This document shows, in pieces, positions 30,647-40,175 of a DNA stretch of 64,000 bases. Where the stretch lies: positions 65,186 through 129,185 of the forward strand of contig CAJMQS010000002.1 in NCBI GenBank assembly GCA_905215645.1, read 5' to 3'. This DNA is from an uncultured bacterium (GTDB lineage Bacteria > Bacillota > Negativicutes > Acidaminococcales > Acidaminococcaceae). Below the pieces are notes generated by a model that saw only the letters and a program-made list of their open reading frames with translations, was not told the DNA's origin and did no database searches. How positions within the stretch are numbered: position 1 is the stretch's first letter; every line of letters starts with the position of its first letter. A program made the translations under genes and the position numbers.

Positions 30647-31570
30647 CTATTCTCTCTTTGTCAGCTTGTGCAGGTCGTAAGGCGTATCCTGGTACACCAC
30701 ATTCAGCCAGTTCAGATAGAACAGATGGGCATAGCTGCACCATTTGAACAGAGGTTCCTGGGTGGTGTCATCGGTGGGATAATAGTGTTTGGGCAGGGAA
30801 GGGTCCAGTCCTTTTTCCCGGTCCCGGACGTATTCGTCCCGAAGGGTCATCCGATCGTATTCGAAATGGCCCATGACGAAGATCCGGCGCAGGTCTTCCG
30901 TAGCACAGATGTTGATGCCGTTCTCCACACTGCGGCTGAGGACCTGAAGATCCGGAGTGCTGTAGACTTTGGCGTCATCCACCGTAGTATAGCGGGACTG
31001 GGGAATGAAGTACCGGTCATCGAAGCCCCGGAGCAGAGGATGGTTCCGGACCGTGAGCCCGTAGGGATAGATGCCGCAGAGTTTCTGGGGGAACATGATC
31101 TTCGGCACATCATAGTAATAGTACAGACCGGCCTGGGCACCCCAACAGTAGTGGAGGACGGAATATACATGGCTCCGGGCCCATTCCAAGTATTCTTCGA
31201 TTTCTCCCCAGTATTCCACATCCTCGAATTCCAGTTTTTCCACCGGGGCCCCGGTTACGATGAGACCGTCATAATACCGGTCCTGGATATCGCTGAATTC
31301 CAGGTAAGCGGATTCCAGATAGGAATTGTCCGTATGGGTCCCTACCCGGCTCACCGGCCGACAGAAATCGATTTCCAGCTGCAGGGGGGAATTGCCCAAA
31401 AGCCGCAGCAGCTGCACTTCCGTCGGCTTTTTCAACGGCATCAGGTTCAGGATCAAGATTTTCAAAGGACGGATATCCTGGGTCAGGGCCCGGTCGTTGT
31501 CGATGGTGATGATATTTTCTTCACGCAGTTTTTCCTTGGCAGAAAGATGGCTGTCGATTTTAATTGGCAT
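30647..31570 (-). CDS. metA: homoserine O-acyltransferase (MetA family)
   Basis: MPIKIDS... N-terminus and full-length MetA similarity. Confidence 0.9.
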   Translation of the reverse strand: MPIKIDSHLSAKEKLREENIITIDNDRALTQDIRPLKILILNLMPLKKPTEVQLLRLLGNSPLQLEIDFCRPVSRVGTHTDNSYLESAYLEFSDIQDRYYDGLIVTGAPVEKLEFEDVEYWGEIEEYLEWARSHVYSVLHYCWGAQAGLYYYYDVPKIMFPQKLCGIYPYGLTVRNHPLLRGFDDRYFIPQSRYTTVDDAKVYSTPDLQVLSRSVENGINICATEDLRRIFVMGHFEYDRMTLRDEYVRDREKGLDPSLPKHYYPTDDTTQEPLFKWCSYAHLFYLNWLNVVYQDTPYDLHKLTKRE

Positions 31571-31589
31571 AATGCTCACTCCTTAATTT

Positions 31590-31886
31590 TCTCTAACAAA
31601 AAAAGCTCCCGCCCCCTGCAGGGACGAAAGCATCGTGGTACCACCCGGCTTCGCCTGGCGAACCAGGCCTCTCGAGCACGCGAAAATTCGGATGCTCCAG
31701 TGCTGTAACGGGCACTCCCGGATGACCTACTGCTGTTCAATCATCTGCTCCAAGGCCATGTTCCCTTTCTCCGCCGCTCTTCCTTTCACCCCAGTGGAAG
31801 CTCTCTGTGCCGGCCTGCAAAAAGTACTCTTCTTTTCATCGCAGGTATCTCTATCAAATTGCTTTCAATTTAGCACAGAAAATTCC
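31590..31886 (-). ncRNA. T-box riboswitch leader (probably Met-specific) with promoter and terminator, controlling metA
   Basis: On the minus sense: promoter TTGACG-N17-TAAATT; F-box CCGTTA (plus 31705-31712); T-box GGGTGGTACCACG (plus 31634-31648); then terminator hairpin and T7 before the metA RBS. Confidence 0.7.
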
Positions 31887-31977
31887 ATTCGTCAAGCCCT
31901 CCCTCCCCTTGCATTTCCAGGAAATTGGTCTTATACTGGGAACAGCATTAATGTTGTTTTAACAACGGAGGAAAATC

Positions 31978-32640
31978 ATGGATACTGCATTCCTGGCCAA
32001 AACGGCCTTATTTAAAAATGTCCCCCCAGCTGAAATCGAAGTCCGGATGCACTGTCTGGGCGGTGTGGTCCGGTCTTATCAAAAAGGCTCCTACATCCAC
32101 TATGCAGGAGATGTGGTCCATACGGTCAGCATGGTCCTTTCCGGGAAAGTCATCATTGAAAACGATGATCTGTGGGGAAACCGGAACCTGCTGGGACAGA
32201 TTGGTCCCGGAGAACTGTTTGCAGAAGCCTATGCCTGTGCGGAAAATGAGCCCCTGCTGATCAACGTACTGGCAGCGGAAGATACCACGGTCCTGATGAT
32301 GGATCTTTCCAAGGTCTTCCATACTTGTTCCCGCAGCTGTCCCCAGCACCAGCAGATCAGCGACAACCTGCTCCACATCCTGGCCCGGAAGAATCTTTCT
32401 CTTTCCCGGCGGATCCTCCACACTTCTTCCAAATCCATCCGGGGACGGGTCCTTTCTTACCTTTCCTTCCTGGCCGCCCAGCAGAAACGGAAGATCATCA
32501 CCGTCCCCTTCAACCGGCAACAGATGGCTGACTACCTGAGCGTGGACCGGAGTGCTCTCAGCAACGAACTGAGCAAGATGCAGAAAGAGGGCATCCTGGA
32601 ATACCACAAGGAAAGCTTCAAGCTGCTGAAAGAGGAGTAG
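31978..32640 (+). CDS. Crp/Fnr-family transcriptional regulator
   Basis: cNMP-binding-like beta-roll plus C-terminal HTH (RQQMADYLSVDRSALSNELSKM). Confidence 0.85.
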   Translation: MDTAFLAKTALFKNVPPAEIEVRMHCLGGVVRSYQKGSYIHYAGDVVHTVSMVLSGKVIIENDDLWGNRNLLGQIGPGELFAEAYACAENEPLLINVLAAEDTTVLMMDLSKVFHTCSRSCPQHQQISDNLLHILARKNLSLSRRILHTSSKSIRGRVLSYLSFLAAQQKRKIITVPFNRQQMADYLSVDRSALSNELSKMQKEGILEYHKESFKLLKEE

Positions 32641-32642
32641 AA

Positions 32643-32667
32643 GCGGTCAACGGTCAGCGGCCAATGG
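32643..32667. repeat. dispersed short repeat copy C
   Basis: GCGGTCAACGGTCAGCGGCCAATGG, immediately after the Crp/Fnr stop. Confidence 0.5.
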
Positions 32668-32723
32668 AAGCCGGCAATCCTGTCGGCATTGAATGAAATC
32701 GAATGAAAAGGAGGACTGGCGTT

Positions 32724-33392
32724 ATGAAACAGGCTGAACTCACGGGAAAAATCCTGCCGGGGATCCCAGTGGAGGTGCATCCTTTTCCGCCTTTCCTGCC
32801 TGCGGGGGCCCGGGTACTGATCCTGGGGACTTTTCCTCCCGCAGCAGAAAAACGGGCTATGGATTTCTATTACCCCAATTTCCAGAATGACATATGGCGG
32901 ATCATGGGAATGGTATATTTCAAAGACCCGTACCATTTCCGGAAAGGACAAGCCAAGGCTTTTGATGCTGCAAAGATCAAGGTCTTCCTAAGCCAAGCCG
33001 GGATTGCCCTGGGGCCCACGGTGCTCCGGGCCCAGCGGCAAAAGGGCAATGCCTCGGACAAATTCCTCCATGTGGTGGAAGAAGCACCGCTGGCTGCCAT
33101 GCTCCAGCAAATCCCCAGCTGCCGTCAGCTGATCACCACCGGAGAAAAAGCTACAGAAATCGTCCTCCATCAATGTACCGATCCCCCCAAGCTGCCTCGG
33201 ACCGGGACCTCCCTTCCCATTGTCCTGGATGGACAGGAACTGCTCCTGACCCGTCTGCCTTCCACCTCCCGGGCCTATCCCATGAAGCTGGAGAAGAAGG
33301 CGGAGATGTATGGGGCGGTGCTGCTCCAAGCAGCACCGCCAGTCAGCAGTCAACGATCAACTGTCAGCGGCCAAAAGAAAAAAGCAGATTGA
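32724..33392 (+). CDS. uracil-DNA glycosylase superfamily protein (Mug/TDG-like)
   Basis: GTFPP motif and UDG-like fold. Start MKQAELT after GGAGG RBS. Confidence 0.65.
   Translation: MKQAELTGKILPGIPVEVHPFPPFLPAGARVLILGTFPPAAEKRAMDFYYPNFQNDIWRIMGMVYFKDPYHFRKGQAKAFDAAKIKVFLSQAGIALGPTVLRAQRQKGNASDKFLHVVEEAPLAAMLQQIPSCRQLITTGEKATEIVLHQCTDPPKLPRTGTSLPIVLDGQELLLTRLPSTSRAYPMKLEKKAEMYGAVLLQAAPPVSSQRSTVSGQKKKAD
33340..33377. repeat. dispersed short repeat copy D
   Basis: CAGTCAGCAGTCAACGATCAACTGTCAGCGGCCAAAAG, at the 3' end of the UDG-family gene. Confidence 0.5.
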
Positions 33393-33401
33393 GCATGCCG
33401 C

Positions 33402-34484
33402 TCAATCTGCTTTTTTGATATCCACAACGACAATCTCCGGTCTGGGACCCGTACGGATAGGGACGCCCCAGAGGCCATAGCCACTGGATACCGTGGCCAG
33501 CATCCCTTCCACCATTTCCGACCCGTAATCCAAAAAGTACATTTTCCGGGTGATCAGCCGGTTGGGAGCCATCTGACCAGCATGGGTGTGGCCGGCAAAA
33601 TACAAATCATATCCCTGCTCTGCCGCTTCTTGGATCCGCCGTGGCTCGTGTTCCATAAACACATTGAACTTTCCCTGTTCCGGATGATAGGATGCTCTCC
33701 GATCCCCGAACAGGTAATCATCCATTCCCGTCAGATTCAACCAAGGATTCACAGCCTTGTTCTCATCCACGGCAAAACGGATGCCTTCCGATTCCAGAAG
33801 GGACCGTTCCACCGCTTCCGTGCCCATCCTTTTGTCATGGTTGCCGTAAACGGCGTACACCCCGTCCCGGCTCTGGTTCCGGGCCAACGGAGCCAAGCTG
33901 TCTTCCTGCTGGACAAAAGGAAGGTCCCCGTCCACCATATCCCCTCCCAGAAGGACCAGGTCGGGCTCCAGGCCGTTGATCCTCCGGACCAGGGTTTCTC
34001 CGTAGGAAGTCCCAAAAAGACCGCCGAAATGGAGATCCGACACAAAGACGATCCGGTAAGGACCGGGAATGGGTTTATCCGTTACATACTCCATTTTCCG
34101 GACCACCGGATGGAGGGCCTGCCAGCAGCCGCCTAAGACCAAACAGACAATGACGGCAGCAAGGACCTGCGCTGCCCGGGGCGCCAGCAGCGGCCAGCGG
34201 CCTAGTTTCCCCGCCAAAAGGGCAGGCAGGAACAGGATCAGTCCCAGCACGGAATAATAGAGGAAGCCCATCCAGAGCCCGCCGGCCCAGGCCAAAAAAC
34301 GGATGGCCGGCCGGGGCAGGGCATGGAGGTACACATTGCTGAGGACGAAACACAGAGGCAGCAGCAGGAATATCCCCAGGGTCCAGAAGGGACGCAAAAA
34401 AGAAAGGCCTGTCCGGTACATGGCCCAGATGGCCGCGGAACCGCCCAGGCCCACAAGGAGCAGGGTTGCAAAAAAAGGTTTCAC
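33402..34484 (-). CDS. membrane-anchored metallophosphoesterase (calcineurin-like)
   Basis: N-terminal TM helices plus metallophosphatase motifs (DLHFG, GGDMVD, GNHD, GHTH). Confidence 0.8.
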   Translation of the reverse strand: MKPFFATLLLVGLGGSAAIWAMYRTGLSFLRPFWTLGIFLLLPLCFVLSNVYLHALPRPAIRFLAWAGGLWMGFLYYSVLGLILFLPALLAGKLGRWPLLAPRAAQVLAAVIVCLVLGGCWQALHPVVRKMEYVTDKPIPGPYRIVFVSDLHFGGLFGTSYGETLVRRINGLEPDLVLLGGDMVDGDLPFVQQEDSLAPLARNQSRDGVYAVYGNHDKRMGTEAVERSLLESEGIRFAVDENKAVNPWLNLTGMDDYLFGDRRASYHPEQGKFNVFMEHEPRRIQEAAEQGYDLYFAGHTHAGQMAPNRLITRKMYFLDYGSEMVEGMLATVSSGYGLWGVPIRTGPRPEIVVVDIKKAD

Positions 34485-34499
34485 ACCAACATCATTCCT

Positions 34500-34892
34500 T
34501 TAAAAAAATGTTTTTCCCGCCCAGAAAGCAAGGCTGGCTGCCAATAGGCCCAGTGTATTCTGGAGCAGCAGATAGAAAAACCCCGTAATATGTTCCCCAT
34601 GGAGAAAGAAGTGCAGTCCTTCTTTGATGAAAGAAGAAAACGCCGTAAAACCGCCGATGAATCCCCAGTACAGCAGCATGGCCCACTTGGGATGGGGCAA
34701 CTTGGTATACAGGAACGCAGCGCAAAAGCCCACCAGGATGCATCCAAAAGTATTCACAAAGACCATTTCCCAGGGAAAATCACTTCCCCAGACTCCCTTC
34801 AGGGCAGCTGCCACCAGGTATCTCCCCACAGAACCCAATGCACCGCCCAGAGCCACATAGAACAGCAGTGATACATCTACTTTCCACATCAT
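34500..34892 (-). CDS. crcB: fluoride ion channel CrcB/Fluc
   Basis: Duplicated GG(A/F)LGS(V/F)GRY and GF(C/I)GGFTAFSSF motifs. Start MMWKV after GAGGGGGA RBS. Confidence 0.85.
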   Translation of the reverse strand: MMWKVDVSLLFYVALGGALGSVGRYLVAAALKGVWGSDFPWEMVFVNTFGCILVGFCAAFLYTKLPHPKWAMLLYWGFIGGFTAFSSFIKEGLHFFLHGEHITGFFYLLLQNTLGLLAASLAFWAGKTFF

Positions 34893-35156
34893 AAACTTTT
34901 CCCCCTCATGCAATTTACAGTAAGATCACGCCTCCCAGCTACACCCTTTTTCCTTGTATTTGAAAAAACGGGCGCTGCAACCAATCTCAGCGTCCTTCTA
35001 TTTATATAATAGTAAAAACCTGTGATTTTGTCAATTCATTTGATTATCTCTCAGAATAAAGGACTTCCTGTCTTTTCCCTGTCTTTCCTGCCTTTTAGGG
35101 ACTTTTCCCCAGGAAACATTGCGTCCATCCTTGGACAACGGTATAATGACAGTATT

Positions 35157-36533
35157 ATGAAAGAAAACAAGATACCATTCCAACTCAAAGAGAATATCGA
35201 ACTGACCATTACCGGGCTGGGCAGTTCCGGGGAAGGGGTGGGCAAAGTCAGCGGCTTTACCTTCTTCGTCCCCGGTGCTTTGCCGGGAGAACGGATCCAG
35301 GCCCAGGTGACCCTGCTGAAAAAAAGCTATGGCCAGGCCCGGCTGCAGAAGCTGCTGGTACCCTCTCCGGACCGGGTGGAACCGCCCTGTCCCGTCTATG
35401 CCCAGTGCGGCGGCTGCCAGCTCCAGCACCTTTCCTATCCTGCCCAGCTGGCCCTGAAACGCCAGACCGTAGTGGACGCCATGGAACGGATCGGCCATTT
35501 CACCAAACTCTGTGTCCAGGATACCCTGGGGGCAGATGATCCTTGGCACTACCGGAATAAGATGCAGGTCCCTGCCGCCCAGGAACGGAACCATACCCTG
35601 GCCATCGGCTGCTATGCCCAAGGGACCCACCGGGTCATCGATGTGAAGGACTGTCTGATCCAGCAGCAGGCCAACAATCAGATTGTCCAGACCGTCCGGT
35701 CTTGGATGGAAAAATACCGGATCCCCGCTCTGGAAGAGGATGCCCGCCGGGGCATCGTCCGGCACATTATGGGCCGAGTGGGAGTCCAGACGGGAGAAGT
35801 GATGGCTGTATTGGTGACCAACGAGCCCCAAGTCCCCCATCTGAAGGACCTGACCGCCATGCTCCGCCAGGAAATCCCCGGCTTCACCACCCTGGTCCAG
35901 AACATCAATACCCGGCACACCAATGTAATCATGGGCCCGAAGAACAAAGTCATCTGGGGCCCCGGTGTGATCCACGACCGTCTGGGCAAATTCACCTTTG
36001 CCATTTCTCCCCATTCTTTTTTCCAGGTGAACACCCTCCAAGCGGAAAAGCTCTATGAAACAGCCCTCCAGTATGCGTCCCTCACGGGAAAGGAGAAAGT
36101 CATCGACGCCTACTGTGGTACCGGCACCATCACCCTGTTCCTGGCCCAGAAAGCCCAGCGGGCCCTGGGCATCGAAATCGTGGCTCCGGCCATCCGGGAT
36201 GCTCGGCAGAACGCCCGGGACAACCATGTGGCCAATGTGGACTTCCTATGCGGAGATGCAGCCAAAGAAATGCCGGAACTGGTCCGCCAGGGCAGCCGTC
36301 CGGATGTGGTAGTATTGGATCCGCCCCGGGCTGGCTGTGAACAGCGGGTACTGGACGCCATTGCCAGGGTCCGTCCCCAGCGGGTGGTATACGTTTCCTG
36401 CAATCCAGCTTCCCTGGCCCGGGATGCGGCTATTTTGCGGGACAAAGGCTTCGTGGTCCGGAAAGTCCAGCCCGTGGACATGTTCCCCCACACCAGCCAT
36501 GTGGAAACAGTCTGCCTGCTGACCTTGAGATAA
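35157..36533 (+). CDS. rlmD: 23S rRNA (uracil-C5)-methyltransferase RlmD/RumA family
   Basis: TRAM domain, 4-Cys Fe-S cluster, SAM-MTase motifs (DAYCGTGT, VLDPPRAG). ATG at 35157 sits 11 nt after a TATAAT. Confidence 0.85.
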   Translation: MKENKIPFQLKENIELTITGLGSSGEGVGKVSGFTFFVPGALPGERIQAQVTLLKKSYGQARLQKLLVPSPDRVEPPCPVYAQCGGCQLQHLSYPAQLALKRQTVVDAMERIGHFTKLCVQDTLGADDPWHYRNKMQVPAAQERNHTLAIGCYAQGTHRVIDVKDCLIQQQANNQIVQTVRSWMEKYRIPALEEDARRGIVRHIMGRVGVQTGEVMAVLVTNEPQVPHLKDLTAMLRQEIPGFTTLVQNINTRHTNVIMGPKNKVIWGPGVIHDRLGKFTFAISPHSFFQVNTLQAEKLYETALQYASLTGKEKVIDAYCGTGTITLFLAQKAQRALGIEIVAPAIRDARQNARDNHVANVDFLCGDAAKEMPELVRQGSRPDVVVLDPPRAGCEQRVLDAIARVRPQRVVYVSCNPASLARDAAILRDKGFVVRKVQPVDMFPHTSHVETVCLLTLR

Positions 36534-36569
36534 GAGGAGTAGGACATATTTTGAAGGAGTGATCCATCC

Positions 36570-38132
36570 TTGCTGCAGATTTCTGAAACTGCCAAAGAAA
36601 AAATCCGCGGCCAATTCCCGATTTTCCAGGAAGCGGCCCATGCTTTTTATGCCAAAGAACTGCCTCCGGGCAAATACAAGGGGACTTCCGGGAAATTCGG
36701 CTCCTATGGAGAACGGGGCGCCAACAGCAGCATGCTCCGGCTCCGTTTTTCCGGCGGAGCCATCAGCCAGGCCCACATGGCTTTCCTGGCCCAGGCTATC
36801 GATAAATACCAGGTGACCCTAGCCCACTTCACCACCGGGGAAGCCCTCCAGCTCCACCATCTAGGGGAACAGACAGTCCTGAATCTCTATCAAGACTGCT
36901 TCAACCAAGGCATCTACTGTGCCGGTGCCGGCGGGGACAATCCCCGGAACATCACGGCCAGCCCTCTCCATGGAGTGGAAAAAGGCGAACCCTTTGACAT
37001 GACCCCGGCCATCCGGGCTGCTTCCAGCTTTGTCATCAACCTGATCCCGGAACTGAAGCTGCCCCGGAAGTACAAGATCAGCTTTCCCAACGGGATCGAC
37101 AACGAAGGCCATGCCACCTTCAAAGATCTAGGTTTTGTAGCCCGTCCAGACGGCACTTTCGACGTGTATGCCGGCGGCGGTTTCGGCGTCAACGGCAGCC
37201 GGTTCGGGGTCCTCATCGATACCCAGGTGGATCCCCGGGACCTGTCCTGGTACATCCTGGGCTATGCCCGGGACGTGTACATGAAATACGGAGACTATCA
37301 GCATCGGGGTACAGCCCGTTCCCGGTTCATCCTGGCCAAAATGGGTGAAGATCCTTTCCGGCAGGCTGTCCGGGACGCAGCAGCCCGTTGCCGGGAAGAA
37401 GGGATTCCCCGGCTGGAACTGGAACCCATCCCGCCCCTGGCCAAAACTGGAAAAGACGATTCCGTCCTGACGGATCCCCGGATCCGCAGCCAGAAACAAG
37501 AAGGGCTGTACTATGTAGAATACAAACCCCTGGGCGGTGTGCCGGATATCCAGGTGTTCCAGCAGCTGCTGAAAGAAGCCTCGCAGATGGAAGGAGCCCA
37601 GCTGCGGCTGAACGCGGACGAAACTTGCTACATCATCAACCTGACAGCGGAAGAAGCCCGGAAGATCGCAGCCCTGACAAAAAAAGACACAGCTCATACC
37701 GCCTTTGAACATTCCGTCAGCTGCATCGGTGCTACCGTTTGCCAGCAGGGACTGTGCGATTCCCACGGGACCCTGGCCCGGATTGCAGCATTCCTGAAAG
37801 AACAGGGCGTGGATACCCGGTATCTGCCCAAATGCCATTTTTCCGGCTGCCCTTCCACCTGTACCGTCCAGTCCCTGGCAGCGTTGGGTTTCCGGGGCGC
37901 TTTCACCCTAGTGAATGGAGAACGGGCCAGTGCCTTCCAGATATACGCCGGCGGAAACTATGCCTACGGAAAAGAAAAGATCAGCGAGCCCCTGGCCCTC
38001 ATCGCCACCGCCCGACTGCCCCGCTTTTTCCTGGATCTGAACCAGATCCTACTGGATGCCAAGCAGCCTTTCTCCCAATGGTATCCGGATCATGAGGATG
38101 AGTTTTTGGAACTACTGAAGAAATATGCGTAA
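36570..38132 (+). CDS. nitrite/sulfite reductase-family protein (ferredoxin-like half domain plus siroheme/4Fe-4S domain)
   Basis: NIR_SIR and NIR_SIR_ferr domain pattern with Cys cluster (CIGATVC...C...CPSTC). TTG start after GAAGGAG. Confidence 0.65.
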   Translation: MLQISETAKEKIRGQFPIFQEAAHAFYAKELPPGKYKGTSGKFGSYGERGANSSMLRLRFSGGAISQAHMAFLAQAIDKYQVTLAHFTTGEALQLHHLGEQTVLNLYQDCFNQGIYCAGAGGDNPRNITASPLHGVEKGEPFDMTPAIRAASSFVINLIPELKLPRKYKISFPNGIDNEGHATFKDLGFVARPDGTFDVYAGGGFGVNGSRFGVLIDTQVDPRDLSWYILGYARDVYMKYGDYQHRGTARSRFILAKMGEDPFRQAVRDAAARCREEGIPRLELEPIPPLAKTGKDDSVLTDPRIRSQKQEGLYYVEYKPLGGVPDIQVFQQLLKEASQMEGAQLRLNADETCYIINLTAEEARKIAALTKKDTAHTAFEHSVSCIGATVCQQGLCDSHGTLARIAAFLKEQGVDTRYLPKCHFSGCPSTCTVQSLAALGFRGAFTLVNGERASAFQIYAGGNYAYGKEKISEPLALIATARLPRFFLDLNQILLDAKQPFSQWYPDHEDEFLELLKKYA

Positions 38133-38144
38133 TATTATGGTTTA

Positions 38145-38200
38145 AACAAACAATCCGTCAAAGCTCTTCAATGTCGGCAGAGTTTTGACGGATTATTTGT
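38145..38200. terminator. long-stem bidirectional terminator hairpin
   Basis: Inverted repeat ACAAACAATCCGTCAAAG ... TTTTGACGGATTATTTGT (18 bp arms, 2 mismatches). Sits between convergent genes. Confidence 0.75.
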
Positions 38201-38240
38201 TTATATGATAAAGGAGACTTGATTGCAAAATAAGTCAGAG

Positions 38241-40175
38241 TCACTTATCATTCTCATCCATATTTTCCAGTAATTTTCCAGACTTAATGAGTCCATACGC
38301 TTTTTGGATATCTTCCTGTATAGGGCGCAACCCCTCTAGTGTCGGGATTATACTGCGAATCGTATCGTATGCTTTCTGTGTATATCTGCCCAACCTCACA
38401 TTCCCCCTCAAATCCACAGCCTGTGCTGCATAAAGTGCTTCCATGCCCACAAGATACCGTAGATTATCGACCAGGTGCAGAGCTTTCGTTGTAACAAGAG
38501 GCAAGTTGCTGGCGTGATCTTCAATATAGCCTTCGATAGCAAAAAAATCAACAGAGGAAGGCGTTATGAGGAATCGATTTTCCGCATCTAAAGCAGAAAA
38601 AGCATCCTGAATCTGGGAATACCCATAGGATTCTCCATTTCTCGGTGCTAAAAAGCGGGTTAGACCTGTAAAATCAGGGTCTGCCATTTTTATCATGCGG
38701 TAATTAATCGTCCTGGACAGATGCCCCAAAGCGATAGAAAGCATCTCCACGGCTACAGCCAAGGAAGTCGTTTCAAAGTTGGATGTTACATACAGTTCCT
38801 GGGTTTCCGGGATAATACAAGGATTATCAGACGGTGAATTAATCTGGATTGCAAGGAACTTCTTAACCACTTCCAACGCATCTGTCACCGTTCCTGTAAT
38901 GGTAAAGCCTCCCCGGAAACTCAGGGAATCCTGAAGCGCTCGTTTGGAGTCCTTATCATACAGATAGCTGTCTTCCAAAAATTTCCGGCAACGGGCAGCA
39001 CACTTTTTCTGTCCTGGAAGCCCTCTCAGAGTATTGACATCCTGGCGCATGGCCTCGATGTTACCATTCAACCCTTCATAATCCAGACAATAAACCAAAT
39101 CAGACATAAAAAGTAAATCTTCAACTTCCTTTACCAAGATGGCTGTTGTACCTTCCCCCTGAGAATTGGAAAGCATAACCGTATGGGCATCTTTCAGCTG
39201 CCAATGATAAGGTTCCAGTCCTTCCTGTTCCATGGCCTCTCTGGCGCTTGTCTGCTGTCCCTTATAGTATACCTGGTTTTCTCCTGCAAAAGCCATCCCG
39301 ATATGGGTAATGGTCGTAATATCAGCTTCCCCAACTGATCCACGCCGGGGAACGCAAGGAGTAATTCCACGGTTCAGGAATTCTTTATATAAGTCAACCA
39401 GTTCGTCACTTGCACAAGAAGCCCCGATAAGCAGCGTATTCAGTCGGATGGCCATCATAGCTCGTACTTCTTCTATCGTATTGTAAGGTGGATATCCCAA
39501 TGCATGACTATAAATGACTTTTCTGTTTTCTTTTTCGATAAGGTTTTCTTTTACATCTCTGTCTTTATTCCACCCAACGCCTCGATTATACCCATAGATT
39601 GGCTTCCCATCATGGGCCAACCGTTCCATCGTCTCGCGGCCTCGTTTTACCCGGTTCCATGCTTCTGGTTCAATAGCTACAGGATATCCTTCATAGGCAA
39701 TGAGGTTCAAATCATGAAGCGTAAGATTATGCCCATTTAAAAGAATTGGTTCCATTCTCTGACTCCTTTCCACTATTTCAATTGTTTGTCTCGTCGTATC
39801 CAGCCTGACGGTATCTCCCCTTCGCACTTTTCTGTAAAAATAAGGATCCACCCTATCCACCATAGGGACACCCATGATGATTGCAGTGGAAACCAATACC
39901 GTATCCGGTTCTTCTACAATAAAAGCCCGCGGAGCCGTTCCATGCTTTTCCAATTGATAGAGCCCGTCCATCTGGACAACAGAGCTACCTTTGCCACCCG
40001 GAAATACCAGTATCTTATCTTTGATGCTGATTCCATTAAGACAGTGATCTCGTTCCATAACTACACCGTCTTCAGGACGCACATGATAAAAAAGAATTTG
40101 ATCTGAGGAAATAAGGATTTCACCCTCAGCCGTACCTTTGGCTATTTCTCTGCACGCAAACACATTCATCATCAT
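38241..40175 (-). CDS. fusion protein: aconitase-X small 'swivel' subunit (DUF126) plus HAL/PAL-family lyase-like domain lacking the MIO triad
   Basis: N-terminal ~135 aa carry KILVFPGGKGSSV...PRAFIV (AcnX swivel signature). The rest keeps the HAL fold (GSVG..., QDSLSFRG, SDNPC, EGYIEDHASN), but the Ala-Ser-Gly MIO precursor reads Glu-Ala-Asp. Start after GGGAAAGG. Overlaps the upstream AcnX-L gene by ~4-10 nt. Confidence 0.65.
   Translation of the reverse strand: MMMNVFACREIAKGTAEGEILISSDQILFYHVRPEDGVVMERDHCLNGISIKDKILVFPGGKGSSVVQMDGLYQLEKHGTAPRAFIVEEPDTVLVSTAIIMGVPMVDRVDPYFYRKVRRGDTVRLDTTRQTIEIVERSQRMEPILLNGHNLTLHDLNLIAYEGYPVAIEPEAWNRVKRGRETMERLAHDGKPIYGYNRGVGWNKDRDVKENLIEKENRKVIYSHALGYPPYNTIEEVRAMMAIRLNTLLIGASCASDELVDLYKEFLNRGITPCVPRRGSVGEADITTITHIGMAFAGENQVYYKGQQTSAREAMEQEGLEPYHWQLKDAHTVMLSNSQGEGTTAILVKEVEDLLFMSDLVYCLDYEGLNGNIEAMRQDVNTLRGLPGQKKCAARCRKFLEDSYLYDKDSKRALQDSLSFRGGFTITGTVTDALEVVKKFLAIQINSPSDNPCIIPETQELYVTSNFETTSLAVAVEMLSIALGHLSRTINYRMIKMADPDFTGLTRFLAPRNGESYGYSQIQDAFSALDAENRFLITPSSVDFFAIEGYIEDHASNLPLVTTKALHLVDNLRYLVGMEALYAAQAVDLRGNVRLGRYTQKAYDTIRSIIPTLEGLRPIQEDIQKAYGLIKSGKLLENMDENDK

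Noticed and set aside
31590-31886. S-box (SAM) riboswitch upstream of metA
   Set aside because: Expected from the Bacillus paradigm, but the leader instead shows T-box hallmarks (F-box CCGTTA, GGGTGGTACCACG) and lacks S-box conserved blocks.
34914-35020. possible fluoride riboswitch upstream of crcB
   Set aside because: I looked for the crcB-motif elements (GGCGATGG...TTCGCC, AAACNGC, CTAATGA..CTAC) and did not find them. Only a short GC hairpin is present, so crcB seems not to be riboswitch-controlled here.
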